Shown: positions 25,701 to 38,575, numbered from the stretch's first letter. The stretch is 64,000 nt of DNA from Octopus vulgaris (GCA_951406725.2 OX597816.1:154070001-154134000), one strand, 5' to 3'. Made by a program: numbers and translations. The notes: generated by a model from the letters alone, not told the origin.

Positions 25701-28700
25701 GTCAAGGTAGAGTAGTATTTTTTTGCAACTAAATTATATTTGACATTGATTTATACTTTTCTTCCCATGTTCATCAATATTGAACTTCTAATTTTTTTAT
25801 AAATTTGAAAATACAAATGTAGATCATCATCATCATCGTTTAATGTCCATCTCCCATGCATTCATAGGTAGGACAGTTGACAGGAGCCAGCCAAGTAGAA
25901 AAACTACCCTGGGCTACTGTGTCTGTTTTGGCAGGGATTTTACAGCTGGATGCCCTTCCTAACACCAATCACTCCACAGAATGAACTCAGTGTTTTTTAT
26001 GTGGCACTAGCACAGGTGAAGTTAGTTTTGGCATGATTTTTACAGCTGGATATCCTTCCAAATGCCAATCACATTACAGTGTGTTCTGAATACTTTTAGC
26101 ATGGCACCAACACTGGCAGGGTAACCAAGTAACTCACAAGACAAGGAATTATGAAAGAAGCAGGGCATTTGAGGAGGGGAACTTGAGAGGATGAAAAGTT
26201 AGAATGTGATAAAGAGACAGAGACAGAAGCGGGTGTCTTGCCACAACAGAGGAGGCATTAGACAAGGTGATCCATGGTACATGGTTACTCAGTGAGAGAA
26301 AGGTACAAGAAAGGCCGGAAACAAGTGTGCTGATGTAAAAGAGACACTTGGTTACCTAGTAAGAGGTAAAACAAGGGAAGGAGAGAGAGAGTGACCAAAG
26401 GGAAATAGAGAGAGCAAGTAGGAAGCAGCAAAAGTGTAAGAGAGAGCTGAAGAGATATGGTGTAGTGTTAGGGTATACTCATGAGTAACAAGAATATGAA
26501 CATAGAACCTGGTTAGAAAAATTGGGTGTGGGGAACAGGGCAGTGAGGGTAAGAAAGGGGTTGGAAAACAATCATAATTTATGAAGAGGAAATGTGAGGA
26601 AGAGACAGATGCAGTTAAAAGAGGAGCTGCAGTTTGATTTCGTGGATGGGACTTCTCTAAAATGTCATATCTCCAAACATCTCAGTCCACTGTCATTTCT
26701 TCCGTCAGCCCCAACATCCTAAGATCAGTCCTCACCACTTCATCCCATGTCTTCCTGGGTTTCCCTTTTCCACAGGTACCATCTACTTTCAGCGACAGGC
26801 ACTTCTGTATACAGCTGTCTTCAGTCATACGCATCACATGTCCAAACCAACACATTCTCTTCTCCTGCATACCATATTTAATCCCTCTTATGCTTAACTT
26901 TTTTCTCAGTACAGTTGTGCTCTGTCATGCACACTGATGTTGCAAATCCAACGGGACATACTACCATCATGCCTCTCCAGCCTATGCTTGTCCTCCACAG
27001 TCAGAGCCCATGTCTCACTACCATGTAACATAGCCATTCTCACACAAGCATCATACAATCTACTTTTTACTCTGAGAGAAAGTCCTTTTGCTGCCAACAG
27101 AGATAGTAGTTCTCTGAACTTCCTCCTCCACATTCTTATTCTAGAAACAATACTTTCAGAGCATCCACCACCATTACTAATTGGTCACCTAAATAGCAGA
27201 AACTATCTACTACCCTCCTGGGCATTTGAGAGAGTTTAAGCCCCTCATACTCTTAGTACTTACTGTTCCTGTGTATCTGTCACACATGAAAGTGACCTTA
27301 TCTGATAACCTTCCCACAATTCCACTGCATCTCTCATGCATCCATAGCTTACACTTGGTGTAGCAAATAGAATTACATCCCACTTCTTTCCTACATATTG
27401 AACAGGGCCATTTGCCAGCTAGAATGAGAGTCTTATCTCCTATCTTTCTAATAATAACTTTAGTCTTTGCAAAGTTAGCTTTAAGGCCCTTTGATTCCAG
27501 GTTTTACTTCCAAACCTGGCACTTCTCCACTTCTGCTTCAGAATCTGCAATAAGAGCAAGATCATCAGTCTATAGTTCCCATGAGCATTCAGTTTTGAAT
27601 TCATCTGTTATGGCCTGGAGAACTATGTTGAATAAGAGTGAACTAAGATCTGATCCCTGGTGTACTCCAACTTGTACATTAAATTCATCACTGTATTCAA
27701 AGCCAACTCTCACCTTACTGACAACATCGCTGTACATGGCTTGTACCACTCTAACAAGCCACTCCTCTACTCCTAGCTTCCTTAGAGACTACCAAATAAG
27801 AGAGCAGGGAACCCTGTCAAAAGCTTTCTCCAGGTTAACGAAAGCTAAGTACAGTGGCTTACTTTTCGCCAAATACTTTTCTTGCAACTGTCTCACTATG
27901 AAGATGGCATCTTTAGTACTTCTCTCAGGAACAACACTAAACTGCATCCCATTTAGATTAATTCAGTCCCTAATTACTTGAGATATAACTCTCTCTCTGA
28001 TTTTCATGAACTGATCCAGCAGTTTGGTACCTCTGTAGTTGTTTCGATCTAAGGCATCACCTTTACCCTTATAGCAGCTGACTATAATACTGCTACACCA
28101 GTCTTGGGGGACGATGCTTTCCTGAATAACCTGATTAACTATGTGAGTGACACACCACCTGATATTTTATTCATCTCGGCAGTGATACCCAATGGTCCAG
28201 GGGCTTTCCCAGTCTTCATTTTTTTAATTGCCTTATCTATTATACTGCTATCCATTCTGATGGCTGGTCCCTCAATTGGTTCACTATTTGAAAGACTCTC
28301 TTTCTCCCAATCATTTTCCACATTTAACAACCTTTCATAATGGCATCTGATACTAGGTTTATCTAAGAATGCTATTAACTATTATAACAATGAAATATGA
28401 AGTTAATTTGGCTGTTTGAGTGATACTATTCTCTATTTGAAATGTTTTTGATTCATCACCCAGACTATGCTTATGACAATATTTTATTGGTTTCAGTCAT
28501 TAAAATGCAACTATACTGAAACACTGTGCCTTCAAGGGTTTTAGGCAATCTCATCATTTCTACTACTCATTTCTGTCTAGGCCTTACTCTAATTATGGCT
28601 CAATTATCTTTATGACATTTTTTATGAGCTGGTAGTGTTGTATCAAACACAAGAATGCAAACATGGATGTGCACACATGCATACATACAGTGCTCACCAA

Positions 28701-31700
28701 ATTCCACTCTTCATCATCATTATTTAATGTCCATTGTCCATACTGGCATGGACTGGACAATTTGACAAGGGCTGGCAAGCTGAGGAGCTGCACAGATTTT
28801 GGCATGGTTTCTATGGCTGGATGCCCTTCCTAATGCCAGCCATTTCGATAATGAACTGAGGCTATCATCAGAAACACTTGTCTCTGGCCATGCAGTGAAA
28901 TCAAACCTGAAACCATGCCTACATATGTTTCAAGATGCTGAAAACTAAAAGCTCTAGTTGAAAACAAATTTATACACAGGAAAATCTTTTAAGCATAGAA
29001 ATAACTTTTGAAGTTTATAGGTACATTCTGATTTTGATATAAAATGATCATGACAAAATATAGTACCTGATTACAGATAGGGTTTTTTTTTTTTTCAATT
29101 TATTTTTTTTATGCCAACATTTGTGGAATGATATTCACAACTTTAGACATTGGGATACTGTTGAAACAATGATTTCTTCAAGTGAATATCCTTTCTGCTG
29201 ATAATTACTCAACTGTAGAACCAATTGTTTGTCAAGCAACCAGAAATAATCAGTTCTAATAATATCAAAAGCACAACGCAGGATTTATAGCAGCATTAGT
29301 TGCAGTAATATTTGAGTTCATGACCATGTGTTCAGAAGTCCAGCTCCTAAAACAAAAATAAAGTTGTAAGGGAAATTAATTTTAAAATGTTCTTTTTATT
29401 TCAGGTTCCAAAAGATTTGGTTAAAGGAAAACAAGTGAAAGTTGTGTTTAATAAAAAACATCTCAAAATCTCCTATAAAGATGATAATGGAGAAGAAAAT
29501 ATCCTAGTAGACGATGATCTAATGTGGGAGATCCACAAAGAGGAATGTATGTGGAGTTTAATTCCTGGAGAACATGTTCATGTAAGTATACATTACTATT
29601 TAGAACTGTAGTACACAGCAGAAAGATAATAATCACATCCATTTGCATTCTAGGTTTAAGTCTAGTATTAAAATGTCTATGCCCTCTAACAAAATTTGTC
29701 ACCTTGTACTTTTATTAAAAATTATTATTAAGAGAGCAGTCTAAATGGTGGATTGGTAGGGTTAAATGAGTGTTGGACAAAATGTCTTCCAGTATTTATT
29801 CTGACTCTTTATCTTCTGAGTTAAAATCAATGTCAATTTTGCCTTTTATCTCATCATAGTTGATAAAATAAAGTGCTAAACAAGTATGTGGATCAATGGC
29901 ATTCACTAATTCCCACTCCAAATTACAGGCCTTGTGCCTATGCTAGAAACAATTATAAAGAGTGATGATGATGGGTGGCAGAATGAATAGACTTGCTGGA
30001 CAAAATGCATTGCAGTCTTTAATTATCTCCCTTCACATTCTGAGTTCACATCCTTGTCCTGTTAGCTTTACTTTTCTTCCTTCCAGAGAAGTACTTTGGT
30101 TGATGCAATTGATTGTACCTCTTCCACCAAATTTGGGGATTTAAGGTAAAACTAGAAATCACCGGAGAAAGTTCACTGAGCTTTTACTTCTGTTGACAAC
30201 CAAAGGTCCCCTCCTCTCTCTCCCTCTCTGAGTAAAAAGAAGATTGTATGAGGTATGTATGTAAGCTACATGGTATTGAGCCATGGACCCTGAATGCAGA
30301 GGACATGCGAAGACTAGAGAGGAACAAAGCTGGTATGCTCTACTGGATGTGTAATGTCAGTGTGCTGGGGGAAAAATTAGGCATAAGAGGAATTAGATGC
30401 AGCATGGCTTGGTCATGTGATGCAGATGGATGAGGACAGTTGTATAAAGAAGTATTGATCACTTAAAGTGGAGAGAAGTTGTGGAAGAAGGAGACATGGG
30501 ATGAAGTGTTGAAGACCAATCTCAAAACACTGAGCCTTACAAAGGAAATAACAAAGGGCCAAGATGGATAGTGCCTTGCTGTACTCAAGAAGACCAGCCC
30601 ACCACAGCGAAATTAATACTCTAAAACCAAGGTTCAATGTAAAAAGCATCCAGTACTCGCCATAAAGTGGTTGATGTAAAGAATGACATCCAGTTGTAGA
30701 AACCAAGCCAAAATACCTGGTATGGTCCCTGTTCTTGCCAGCATGGAAAATGGATATTAAATTATGGTTAATCTTATTAATGTGGTGAAGTGAAAGACTG
30801 GATCAAATGCTTCTGTATAACTTTATACAAATTGCACCAGGATTAATTCTAAATGTCATTTTTCCTATGGTGAATATAATACACACTAGTTATATATTGC
30901 GTAGTGGTTTATTTGGCCTGTGCTATCAATAAAAAAAAAAAAATGGTCATTAAGTAAAGTTAATTTATTGACCACAAGTTTTTAATTTTTGTTTTAATAT
31001 CTTTCTAATGATTTGCCTTCATTATTTTTCATCAGTTTAGCTCCAGATATGCTCTAAATAAGTGGACACATAAGTAAAGCACTCCAGCTATGATCATGCC
31101 ATCCTATTTTCAAATAATGTATTCAGGACTATATTATTCAATGCCTCTTTCCTTTTAGCAAAGTAAGTTAAAAGTATTGATGGTGTATGTATGGCAGATG
31201 TGGTGGCGATGGTGGTGGTACTGTTGTTTATAATGCAGCTTGGCAATAAATTCCAAGTCGACAAATTATATCGTTGTTTTGATAAAATTAATTCATTGCT
31301 TGAAAAATATTGTTCAAGTTTAATAAAATTCAATATGTACTCAGTGCATGAAGTGTCATTGTTGGGCCCAAGGCCTAATGAAGGTCCCACCACAGGAGTT
31401 AACTTAAAAGCTGCTCTCTCGGATGGCTTTTAAGCTAGTTTCTAATATACCACAAAATATCTTCATTGAATTTTAATTCTAAATCTATGAGATAATTGTT
31501 GAAGATTTTATCTACTTAGATTAAAGTATTATTTGTTTGTATTTTTCATATATGCTATTGACTACTTATCTATCGTGATATGTTTTTGCATTATGTTTTG
31601 TGTTGTTTATTCTTCTATCATCTTTGGGTTCTTTATTTCTGAATAGTCATGTTTTTGTCTGTAATATCTGGTGCTACCGAAGACCCAACCACCACCAGCA

Positions 31701-34700
31701 AAACAAGTGTTGTGTTTAGAGTCAGGGATATTTTTACCCTGCAACCTTCACTTGCTGACCATACCACTTTGATACCGCTCATCTGCCTATTGCTTACCTT
31801 TTCTTCTCTATTCACATATCTTTCTATCATTCCTGTCCTTCCATCTCTCATCTCTCTACCACTTGCACTGTCTACATCATTCTTACGCCTCTGACTTCTT
31901 CATCTTTCTTCAGGCCTCTGTATAAGACACTGTATTGCACCATCTTCATCTCTCTACCACACTCTCCCATCCCAAAGTCATATATGAGAGACCACATAGA
32001 ACCATTCAACACAATAACCTCACAACCATCATACTTGAAAATCTTCTGATTGCATCTTAATTTACTATATTCATCATTATGTTAGGAAATCTTTATCTAC
32101 TTGCTGTATTGGTTCTACACTCTAATAACAAATATCAAAACTTACATTGAAGCTACTCTTTCTCATTGAAAATTTAATATATTTCCAGATTTCTTTAGAA
32201 AAAGTACAAGAGCGTTGGTGGGAAGCTGTGTTTGTTAATGAGCCCAAGATCAATGTTCGAGAAATTGACTGTTCACGCCCAATGTCAGATTTAAAAGAAG
32301 ACGAACAGATGAAACTACATGAGTTGATGCACAACGAGCGACAGAAACGTCTGGGATTGCCACAGTCTCATGAAGAGGTAAATCTTTTTGGTAATCCTTT
32401 TGACATAGTTACTTGACTTCTCAGGATTAGCGATACCTATCAATGGGTGATTCTTTATTCCCATAAGACACAAAATAAAAAAAATTTTTTTAGTATATTA
32501 GACTGAATTCATTCACAATTACTGCATCATCATGAGAATGATATATTATGGAAATGATGTTGATCACTTTGAATTAACCCTTTTTCCTTTCTCATTATCA
32601 ATTTTTATTGATTTTGTCGTAGTGTTTTACAGAAACCTTTTTATATTTCCAATTATTTTAACATGGAATATCACTTTATGTGTTTGTATATATATATATA
32701 ATGTGTGTGTGTGTGTGTTTATATTTTGGTGTTAGGAAGGGCATCCAGCCATAGAAACCATGCCAAATCAGACTAGAACCTGGTGCAGCCTCTGGCTTAC
32801 CAGTTCCAATCAAACCATCTAACCCATGCCAGCATAAAAAGCGGCTGTTAAAGGATGATATATATTTATTTATATATAAATGATCAGAAGATGAGAATGG
32901 CTGTTAAAGGAAAACTCCTGAAGGGAAAGTTTTCAAATTGCAACAAATGATGTTAATTTATTTAACCTGAGAGGAAAGCATTGAGAATTTCAGTAATGTA
33001 GGAGAGAGCTGAACATTTAGAGATAACTTCAAAGCCACTGAGTAGTTTTATAGATGAAATAAAATTTCAACTGGGCAGTAGCCAACATGAATGTGGTAGA
33101 GTCTTATATATGTAATATAGTGGATTAAAAAACTTCAACTGACTGAAGATTATCTATGAAAAGTTTTTTTCTCGTTTCAATTATTGAACTGCAGCCATGC
33201 TAGGGAACCACCTTCATGAGCTTTAGTCAAATAAACCAACCCTCATTACTTATTTTTCTTTTTAAGTCTGATATTTAATCTAACATCGCTTTTGTGAAAC
33301 TGCTAAGTTAAGGTGAATGATATACACTCATTAGATGGAATGATTCACAGCAGGTCTGTCAAAAGATTTGGAAATATCTGGTACCATGAGGAAGAATAAT
33401 ATGAAGTGCTTACAGTTACAGGGCAATTTATGGAAACAAGCCAGAACATTATTAGAGAGAGCTCTGTGTCAGTGATTCAAGTATAGTACCTCTCTTCAGT
33501 TACAAAAAGAAAAACGTTTGTTAAATGGCACTGTGAGAAATCTTAAGTATATGCAGGTGTCTACTAAAGTCTTCTCTGGTTTATTCTAATTACTAGTCAT
33601 AGCAGCTGATTTGGTGGCATGTAAGTATTCCAGTCGCTTGATTCTAGTAGATTCCATCAAATATTTTAAATTTTAGTTTGAAATCTAGAAAACAGATGGA
33701 AAAAAATGTATAACAGTTGATATAGAAAAAAAAACATGGCAAAGTTGATCAGATACTGGGTTACCCCGCCAAAGGATTGTCAGTCGTATCTTGTAACCAG
33801 CATTGTTCTCTGTTTATTTTAAGATTCGTTAGCAACAGGAAATACTACAATTCAGTAGCACAATGGTGTTGTGCAGCATATAGAAAAGCAATTCCATTCT
33901 GTGTAGACAATAATTCTGTTCACAAGTAATGCAGTAAAAAGAAACATCATTTCAACATATCAATTATGCTAGAACTAGTAACAGAAGCAACTCTGAACTT
34001 GGGACTTTAAATTCCCAGATTGTTTACTAGCAGTAGTAGTCAAGTTTTGATATGTATGTGAATTGATTACAGCACAGGAGAAATTAGTGTTCTATAATGG
34101 TTATGATTAGATAATTATGAAAGAAGTTCCCAAAAGATAAAATGCTTCTTGATTCAAGCAAAGAGCAGTTTGTATGGTGCATATGTAAGAAGTACAATGT
34201 TGTATTAAAGTGAAACCTGATCAATGTTTGTAGATGATAGGAAGTAAGTAGATAAGGTTGAAATGATTCTGTTATGTATATAAAACAGGAACTTTTAAGT
34301 GGATGTATGTCAGAGTGACAATTATATTAGTTTCAACACATGAATGGACAATATAAGCAGTATGAAGAGCTGCTAGTCGAATGCCTCTAGCAAAGCAGCA
34401 AGCCAAGGAAAAATTGGAAATCAGTCATGGCTGACTAGAAAATAAGGCTTTACAAGACTTAAATATCTGGAAGGCTGCTATCTAGCATTTCAGCAAGGAA
34501 AAGATTTACATAAACCTGAAATTATCATAGCATATTCATGACTATTCTATCCATTCATTATAAGACACTCAGATAAAATTTGAATAAGATTTGACTGCTA
34601 TTTCCAACAGGTCAAGCGACTGTTTTGTGACTCCTTCATTTGTTCATTTGTGGCAGTGATGATGATGATTACCGTTTTGTTTTCTTCATTTTCTTTTAGC

Positions 34701-34859
34701 TTGCATTTAATTTACTTTTTTCATATTTCTTTATTACAGAAAGCACATGATATGCTGAAACAAGCTTGGCATGCTGAAGGGTCACCTTTCAAAGGTCAGG
34801 AATTTGACCCAAGTAAATTTAAGATAGACCCCAGTGGTGTTTTGACAATGAATCAATGA
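13634..34859 (+). CDS. NUDCD3: NudC domain-containing protein 3 (NudCL)-like gene, 8 coding exons, 345 aa (whole-gene span)
   Basis: Exons 13634-13731, 18417-18498, 23896-23986, 24676-24853, 25604-25706, 29405-29581, 32189-32377, 34740-34859 join in frame (phases 2,0,1,2,0,0,0; 1038 nt) with GT-AG introns. The protein has the NudC N-terminal motif (D..LMGILQ..G.L..FLD..MGFLYRRTDFY...GFPPG), a CS/p23 domain (YNGAERDTYSWSQ...WSLIPGEHVHISLEK..ERWWE) and the NUDCD3 C-terminus (QKRLGLPQSHE..LKQAW.AEGSPFKGQ.FDP). Orthology was judged from remembered motifs, not a search. Confidence 0.95.
16075..17640 (-). mobile_element. RTE LINE 3' remnant (tail, long 3'UTR, ORF end) interrupted by two younger insertions
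   Basis: (CAT)n start, GGATGCCC..CTAACACCAAC 3' motif, purine-rich block, decayed RTE C-terminus at about 17180-17640. Confidence 0.55.
16126..16355 (-). mobile_element. Near full-length Nin-domain SINE with 15-bp TSD
   Basis: AGTTTGACAGAATCT at 16111-16125 and 16356-16370; tRNA-like head with B box; Nin-type core. Confidence 0.85.
18417..18498 (+). CDS. NUDCD3: NUDCD3 exon 2 (RTDFYHLLRDKNDTKGFPPGMALNILLK)
   Basis: Long poly-T tract followed by TTACAG acceptor; donor AAA|GTAAGT. Confidence 0.95.
18990..19920 (-). mobile_element. RTE (BovB-like) LINE RT fragment, decayed
   Basis: ATGTKQRCLLA, LFADD-like motif, KKLETFHM.CL..I.NLKWQDKISN..IL, RWVGHIV. Confidence 0.75.
21891..22980 (-). mobile_element. 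Mariner transposon remnant
   Basis: TG.EKWIFY.N.KR.W...K.FLSVWWD.K..VHVELL..GQ.IT transposase motifs; TIR-like end TATTGGGTCATCTCATAAATAATGC at 21891; second TIR not seen. Confidence 0.85.
23010..23197 (-). mobile_element. 3' part of the (GAT)n-tailed retroposon
   Basis: Roughly 90% identical by eye to the reverse complement of 25340-25520. Confidence 0.85.
23896..23986 (+). CDS. NUDCD3: NUDCD3 exon 3 (SYRQFEDMAKKDPEKMMIQSDADIKKQECE)
   Basis: TTTTAG acceptor, G|GTTAGT donor, phase 0 to 1; absent from the ORF track; resembles the F..MA..D.EK segment of NUDCD3. Confidence 0.85.
24676..24853 (+). CDS. NUDCD3: NUDCD3 exon 4, low-complexity K/S/E-rich linker
   Basis: GATAG acceptor, AA|GTATGT donor; phase 1 to 2 fits both neighbouring exons. 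Confidence 0.82.
25082..25520 (+). mobile_element. (GAT)n-tailed non-autonomous retroposon with internal tandem units of about 62-65 bp
   Basis: Three full units GTGGCAC.TAA.AAA.CCATCCGA.C.TGGC...CTGGC followed by the RTE-shared 3' end and a GATGATGAT tail. Confidence 0.8.
25604..25706 (+). CDS. NUDCD3: NUDCD3 exon 5 (VPSNYQADSECYNGAERDTYSWSQSITDCDLRVK), start of CS domain
   Basis: TTCCAG acceptor, AAG|GTAGAG donor; YNGA..Y.WSQ motif. Confidence 0.95.
25823..28350 (-). mobile_element. RTE LINE, 5'-truncated: RT, C-terminus, 3'UTR and (GAT)n tail
   Basis: KAIKKMKTGKAPGP.GITAEM, FVNLEKAFD, GVHQGSDLS, LHGSETW, WFGHVMRM, GKPRKTW. Confidence 0.9.
29405..29581 (+). CDS. NUDCD3: NUDCD3 exon 6, CS domain
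   Basis: TTTCAG acceptor, CAT|GTAAGT donor; VPKDLVKGKQVKV...WSLIPGEHVH. Confidence 0.96.
30165..30770 (+). mobile_element. RTE LINE 3' fragment
   Basis: LHGIEPWTLNAEDMRRLERN, and the same 3' motif as the other copies. Confidence 0.7.
32189..32377 (+). CDS. NUDCD3: NUDCD3 exon 7
   Basis: TTCCAG acceptor, GAG|GTAAAT donor; ISLEKVQERWWEAV...QKRLGLPQSHEE. Confidence 0.96.
34740..34859 (+). CDS. NUDCD3: NUDCD3 terminal exon 8
   Basis: TTACAG acceptor; KAHDMLKQAWHAEGSPFKGQEFDPSKF...TGA. Confidence 0.95.
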   Translation, partial: KAHDMLKQAWHAEGSPFKGQEFDPSKFKIDPSGVLTMNQ

Positions 34860-34900
34860 TAGTAATATATATTCATTGTTGTGAATTGATGATCTGTATA

Positions 34901-34906
34901 AATAAA
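34901..34906 (+). promoter_or_regulatory. Candidate polyadenylation signal of NUDCD3
   Basis: AATAAA about 40 nt after the stop codon. Confidence 0.5.
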
Positions 34907-35989
34907 ACATTAATACCCCAACACCTATTGGTTATGTATTTATTATTCTCTTCTTGAAGCGACAGCAGGCTTTATTAATATACTTTAATCAAAGGTCTAA
35001 CAGATTATTTATTTTTAGGTAATTCCACATTCATGGATGCATGTATGGTCAAGTGGTTGAAACTGTAGACACCTGTTGGATGAGCTACACCTGTAATTAA
35101 GAGGACTATTAATGGACTAATCAGTCACATACACTATAATTCAGTAAGTTCAATAGTTGAGCTGCTGGAATATTCATCAAAAACTGGTGGAGATTCATTT
35201 AGTTTTATTTTGTGTATTCACAATTATTACCTCTACAATGCTGATTGTATTTAAATTGTTCTGTATGTCTATAGGCCCCTGGCTACATTTGTCCTCTCAC
35301 TCACTCTGATGAAGGTGGAACCAGTCATGCGGCACTGGCATCCATTGTGCTCAACTGGTACTTATTTTATCAACTCTGAAAGGCAAAGTCAACGGCAATG
35401 GAATTTGAACTCAGAATGCAAAGACAGATGAAATGCCACTAAACTTTTGCCCAGCATGCTACCAATTCTGCCAGCTAAAAATTGGAAAATTTGGTATATT
35501 TATAATTCTATGCTACATGTGTTTCATTATAGTATAAGAAACACACTGGTATTTTTTTTTTAATCTTTGAGAAGTCACAGTTTAGGAGATCCTCTATTTG
35601 TTCTCTCTCTCTATTTATATATATATATTTATAACTATTATGAATAATAATAATAATAATAATACATTCATAATGTATTTCCTGTACTGTAATGAATCTT
35701 TTCACATGAAATTAGAAATATACCAAATTTTGCAGTCTTTGTTTTAATATATGTGTATGTGTGTCTGAGTATTTGTTAATATTTGCAATCTCTTCTAAAT
35801 TTTTTGCCTCTATCAACAAATTGTCTGCTCATTTCACACCTATGAAACTGTGGAATAAGGGATCCCTCGCTTAAAAAACAAGCTAAAACATTGAAAGCTA
35901 CTCAACTATTTTTGAAACTCCATCATGGTGTTTTATTTGAATCATTAAACTCAAAGTATTGTATCACCTAGGAGAAATAACCTAATTTC

Positions 35990-38575
35990 ACCTGGCCAGT
36001 AAAGACCTAATGCTGATAACCTCATTCATATTGGAGAATCCGAGGCAAATTTGGAGAGGAAACCTGCAACTGGTGGGCCTTAAACTAAACTTAGCCAACA
36101 TTAAAATTATACCAAATAGAAAAAAAGATAGAACTCATCTGTCATCAGGGAACTTGCTATGCATAATGTGTGGAAAAGGAGCAAGTAGAAATTTTGTATA
36201 GTATGCTAGTGTAAATAATGAATGTACAAGCAATGTAGTGGAATCTTTGACTTGTCTTGGCTTGAGACAGCATTCACCTGGGGTGGGTTGAGCTGGCTTC
36301 ATTCATTCTCAATGCTGCATCTCTCACAAATGCCAACCAGACCTGGCGATTTGAGGCTAATGACCGCGTGATCGCCAACCACTCCTTATTCCAACGGCAA
36401 ACGCTGTAGATATAGGGGCCTAGGTTGGGTTCCAGATCAGTCTTAACTGTCATCAGCCAGGTTTTCCGTTGTCCACCACATTGCTTTTGCCAACCCTGAA
36501 GGGGAGCTGGGCAATTGCTTTGTAGATGAATTCTCCTGGTTGACGACGGAGGGCATGACCCAGCCAATGCAGACATCTCGTTAGGATGACTTGTCGGAGG
36601 GAGGTGATTCTGCACTGGTGTTGCACCGAATTGTTGGAGACAAAGTGATGCCATCGGACACGAAGGATGCGGTGTAGACAGAGGTGATCGAAGGATTCTA
36701 GTCGCATAATATTTTCCACCCTCATTGGCATGACTCACTGCCGTAAAGGAGAATCGTTCGCACTAGTGCTTGGTAGATCCGTACTTTGGTGGTGTGTCGG
36801 ATCTCAGATCTTCACCAGAGTCATGCATTGAGTCGGTTGAAGGCTTGACGAGTGAGGCCGATTTGTGTTTTAATGTCAGCCTCACCTTGACCTGTAGCTG
36901 TAATGATGGCACCAAGGTATTTGAAACTCACAACCTCTTCAAGAATATCACCATTGAGGACAATGGGTGTAGTGGAATCACAGGTTGGCTAACTGCAAAG
37001 GTAGCCTTTATGTGGTAGGTGAACAGAAGTAAGAAAGAGCACCAGGGAATTAGATTCTCTCAACTATTATGATGGCTTCTTAGAAGTAATCAATAGTTTT
37101 ATGTTGGTGACCTGAGCAGCAGTGGGAACAGGTGCTCTGACAGTATAGTAGCCAAAGTATAAATATTCTATCTCTGTTGACAACAAAGAGCCTCCCCATC
37201 AAAGCGAAGAGCAAATTGTATGATGTTTGTGCACAAAGTGCATTGCTACATGGTTGTAAGACATTTCCGTTGAATGTAAAAGATTTTTAAAGATACAAAT
37301 AAATAAAGTTGAGTAAGCTTTGCTGGATGTTCAACATCAGTATATATACATAGTGCAAATGTGTTGAGAGAAGAATTGGACATAAGAGGAATCAGATGTA
37401 GTGTGCAAGAGGGAAGAATGCACCAGCATACAGAGGAGAACCACTGCATAAAGAAGTGCCAATTGCTAAATGTCAATGGAATGAGCTGAGGGAAGACATA
37501 GGATGAAGTATTGAAGAATGACTTCCAGATGTTGAGCCTCATGTAGATGATGACTAAGAACTGAGATAATTGGTGTTTTACTGTGCTTGAAAAGACCCAT
37601 CTGTCTTAGCAAAAACAAGGCCCTAAACACATTCATGTCTATTCACATGCACCCAATGTGCTCTTGACAAGTCTCCCTAATTCATTTTCCTAACACTCAT
37701 CCCTCCTGCTTGCAGCACTATCCACTCAACTGTTGTAAATATATGAGAGCAGAACAGTATATATTTTATTACTAGTTTTCATGATACCACTCACTTTGCT
37801 TGGAACCACTTCCTTTTCTTTCCCACATTCTCAATATCATCACTTACCACCTTATTTTCCATTGAATTCCCCTTTCATTCTGTCATCATTTCCAGCCTTA
37901 TGTACCTCTGATCTCATCCCTGGTACTATGCATCTATCTCACATCCCACCCCCATACCATCTGTGCTACCACCTCTTACCTCTCTGACCCACTCCTCTTT
38001 CTTCTATTTTCTTCTCCCAAACTGATACCATTGACCATGGCTCCACCTGTGCTCACCATTCACTACATTCACCTCTTGTCTTCTCTATCCATCTTCCATT
38101 TTCTTTTTACACTCCTTTTGAACTTACCTGCCCATTCACCTTATCCAATCATCTAGACTACTTCTATTTTATTCAGCATTCAGTAACTAGAGGGTATGCC
38201 ATGACAACTTTTCACTACCATCTCTCTCTTTCCAACTAGGGTAACCTTGTTTTTTCTCTACAGTAAAATACCTTTCTGACGCCTCTGACGTATTTAAACC
38301 TCTCATCACCTGGCATAAAGCCACCTTCCTCAATACTACATCCATCTCATTTGAAGGGGTCTTGTCTTGCAAGTTACTTGGTAACCTCACTAGTGCCAGT
38401 GCCAGGTAGAAAGCACTCAATACACTCTGTGAATTGGTTGGCATTAGGAAAGGCATCAAGCTGTAGAAATCACGTCGAAGCAAACAACGGAGCTTGGCAC
38501 AGTCCTCTGATACACTGGTTCCTCTTGAACAGTCCAACCCATGCCAGCATAGAAAACAAATACTAAATGATGATA
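35990..38575 (+). mobile_element. Decayed RTE LINE (host of a nested insertion) with pyrimidine-rich 3'UTR and (GAT)n tail
   Basis: GLKLNLANIK...CIMCGKG...CSGI|TGWLT reading continues across the insertion at 36246-36967. Confidence 0.7.
36246..36967 (-). mobile_element. Second RTE family, 5'-truncated, nested insertion with 12-bp TSD
   Basis: TGTAGTGGAATC at 36234-36245 and 36968-36979; RLESFDH.CL.RIL.V.W, WLGHALR; TCAAG-like tail repeats. Confidence 0.88.

Noticed and set aside
27412-27981. 189-aa plus-strand ORF as a gene
   Set aside because: It is the antisense shadow of the RTE reverse transcriptase on the minus strand.
35305-35325. Second hammerhead core (CTGATGA) downstream of NUDCD3
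   Set aside because: No stem II followed by GAAA; the sequence is cut off by a SINE insertion.
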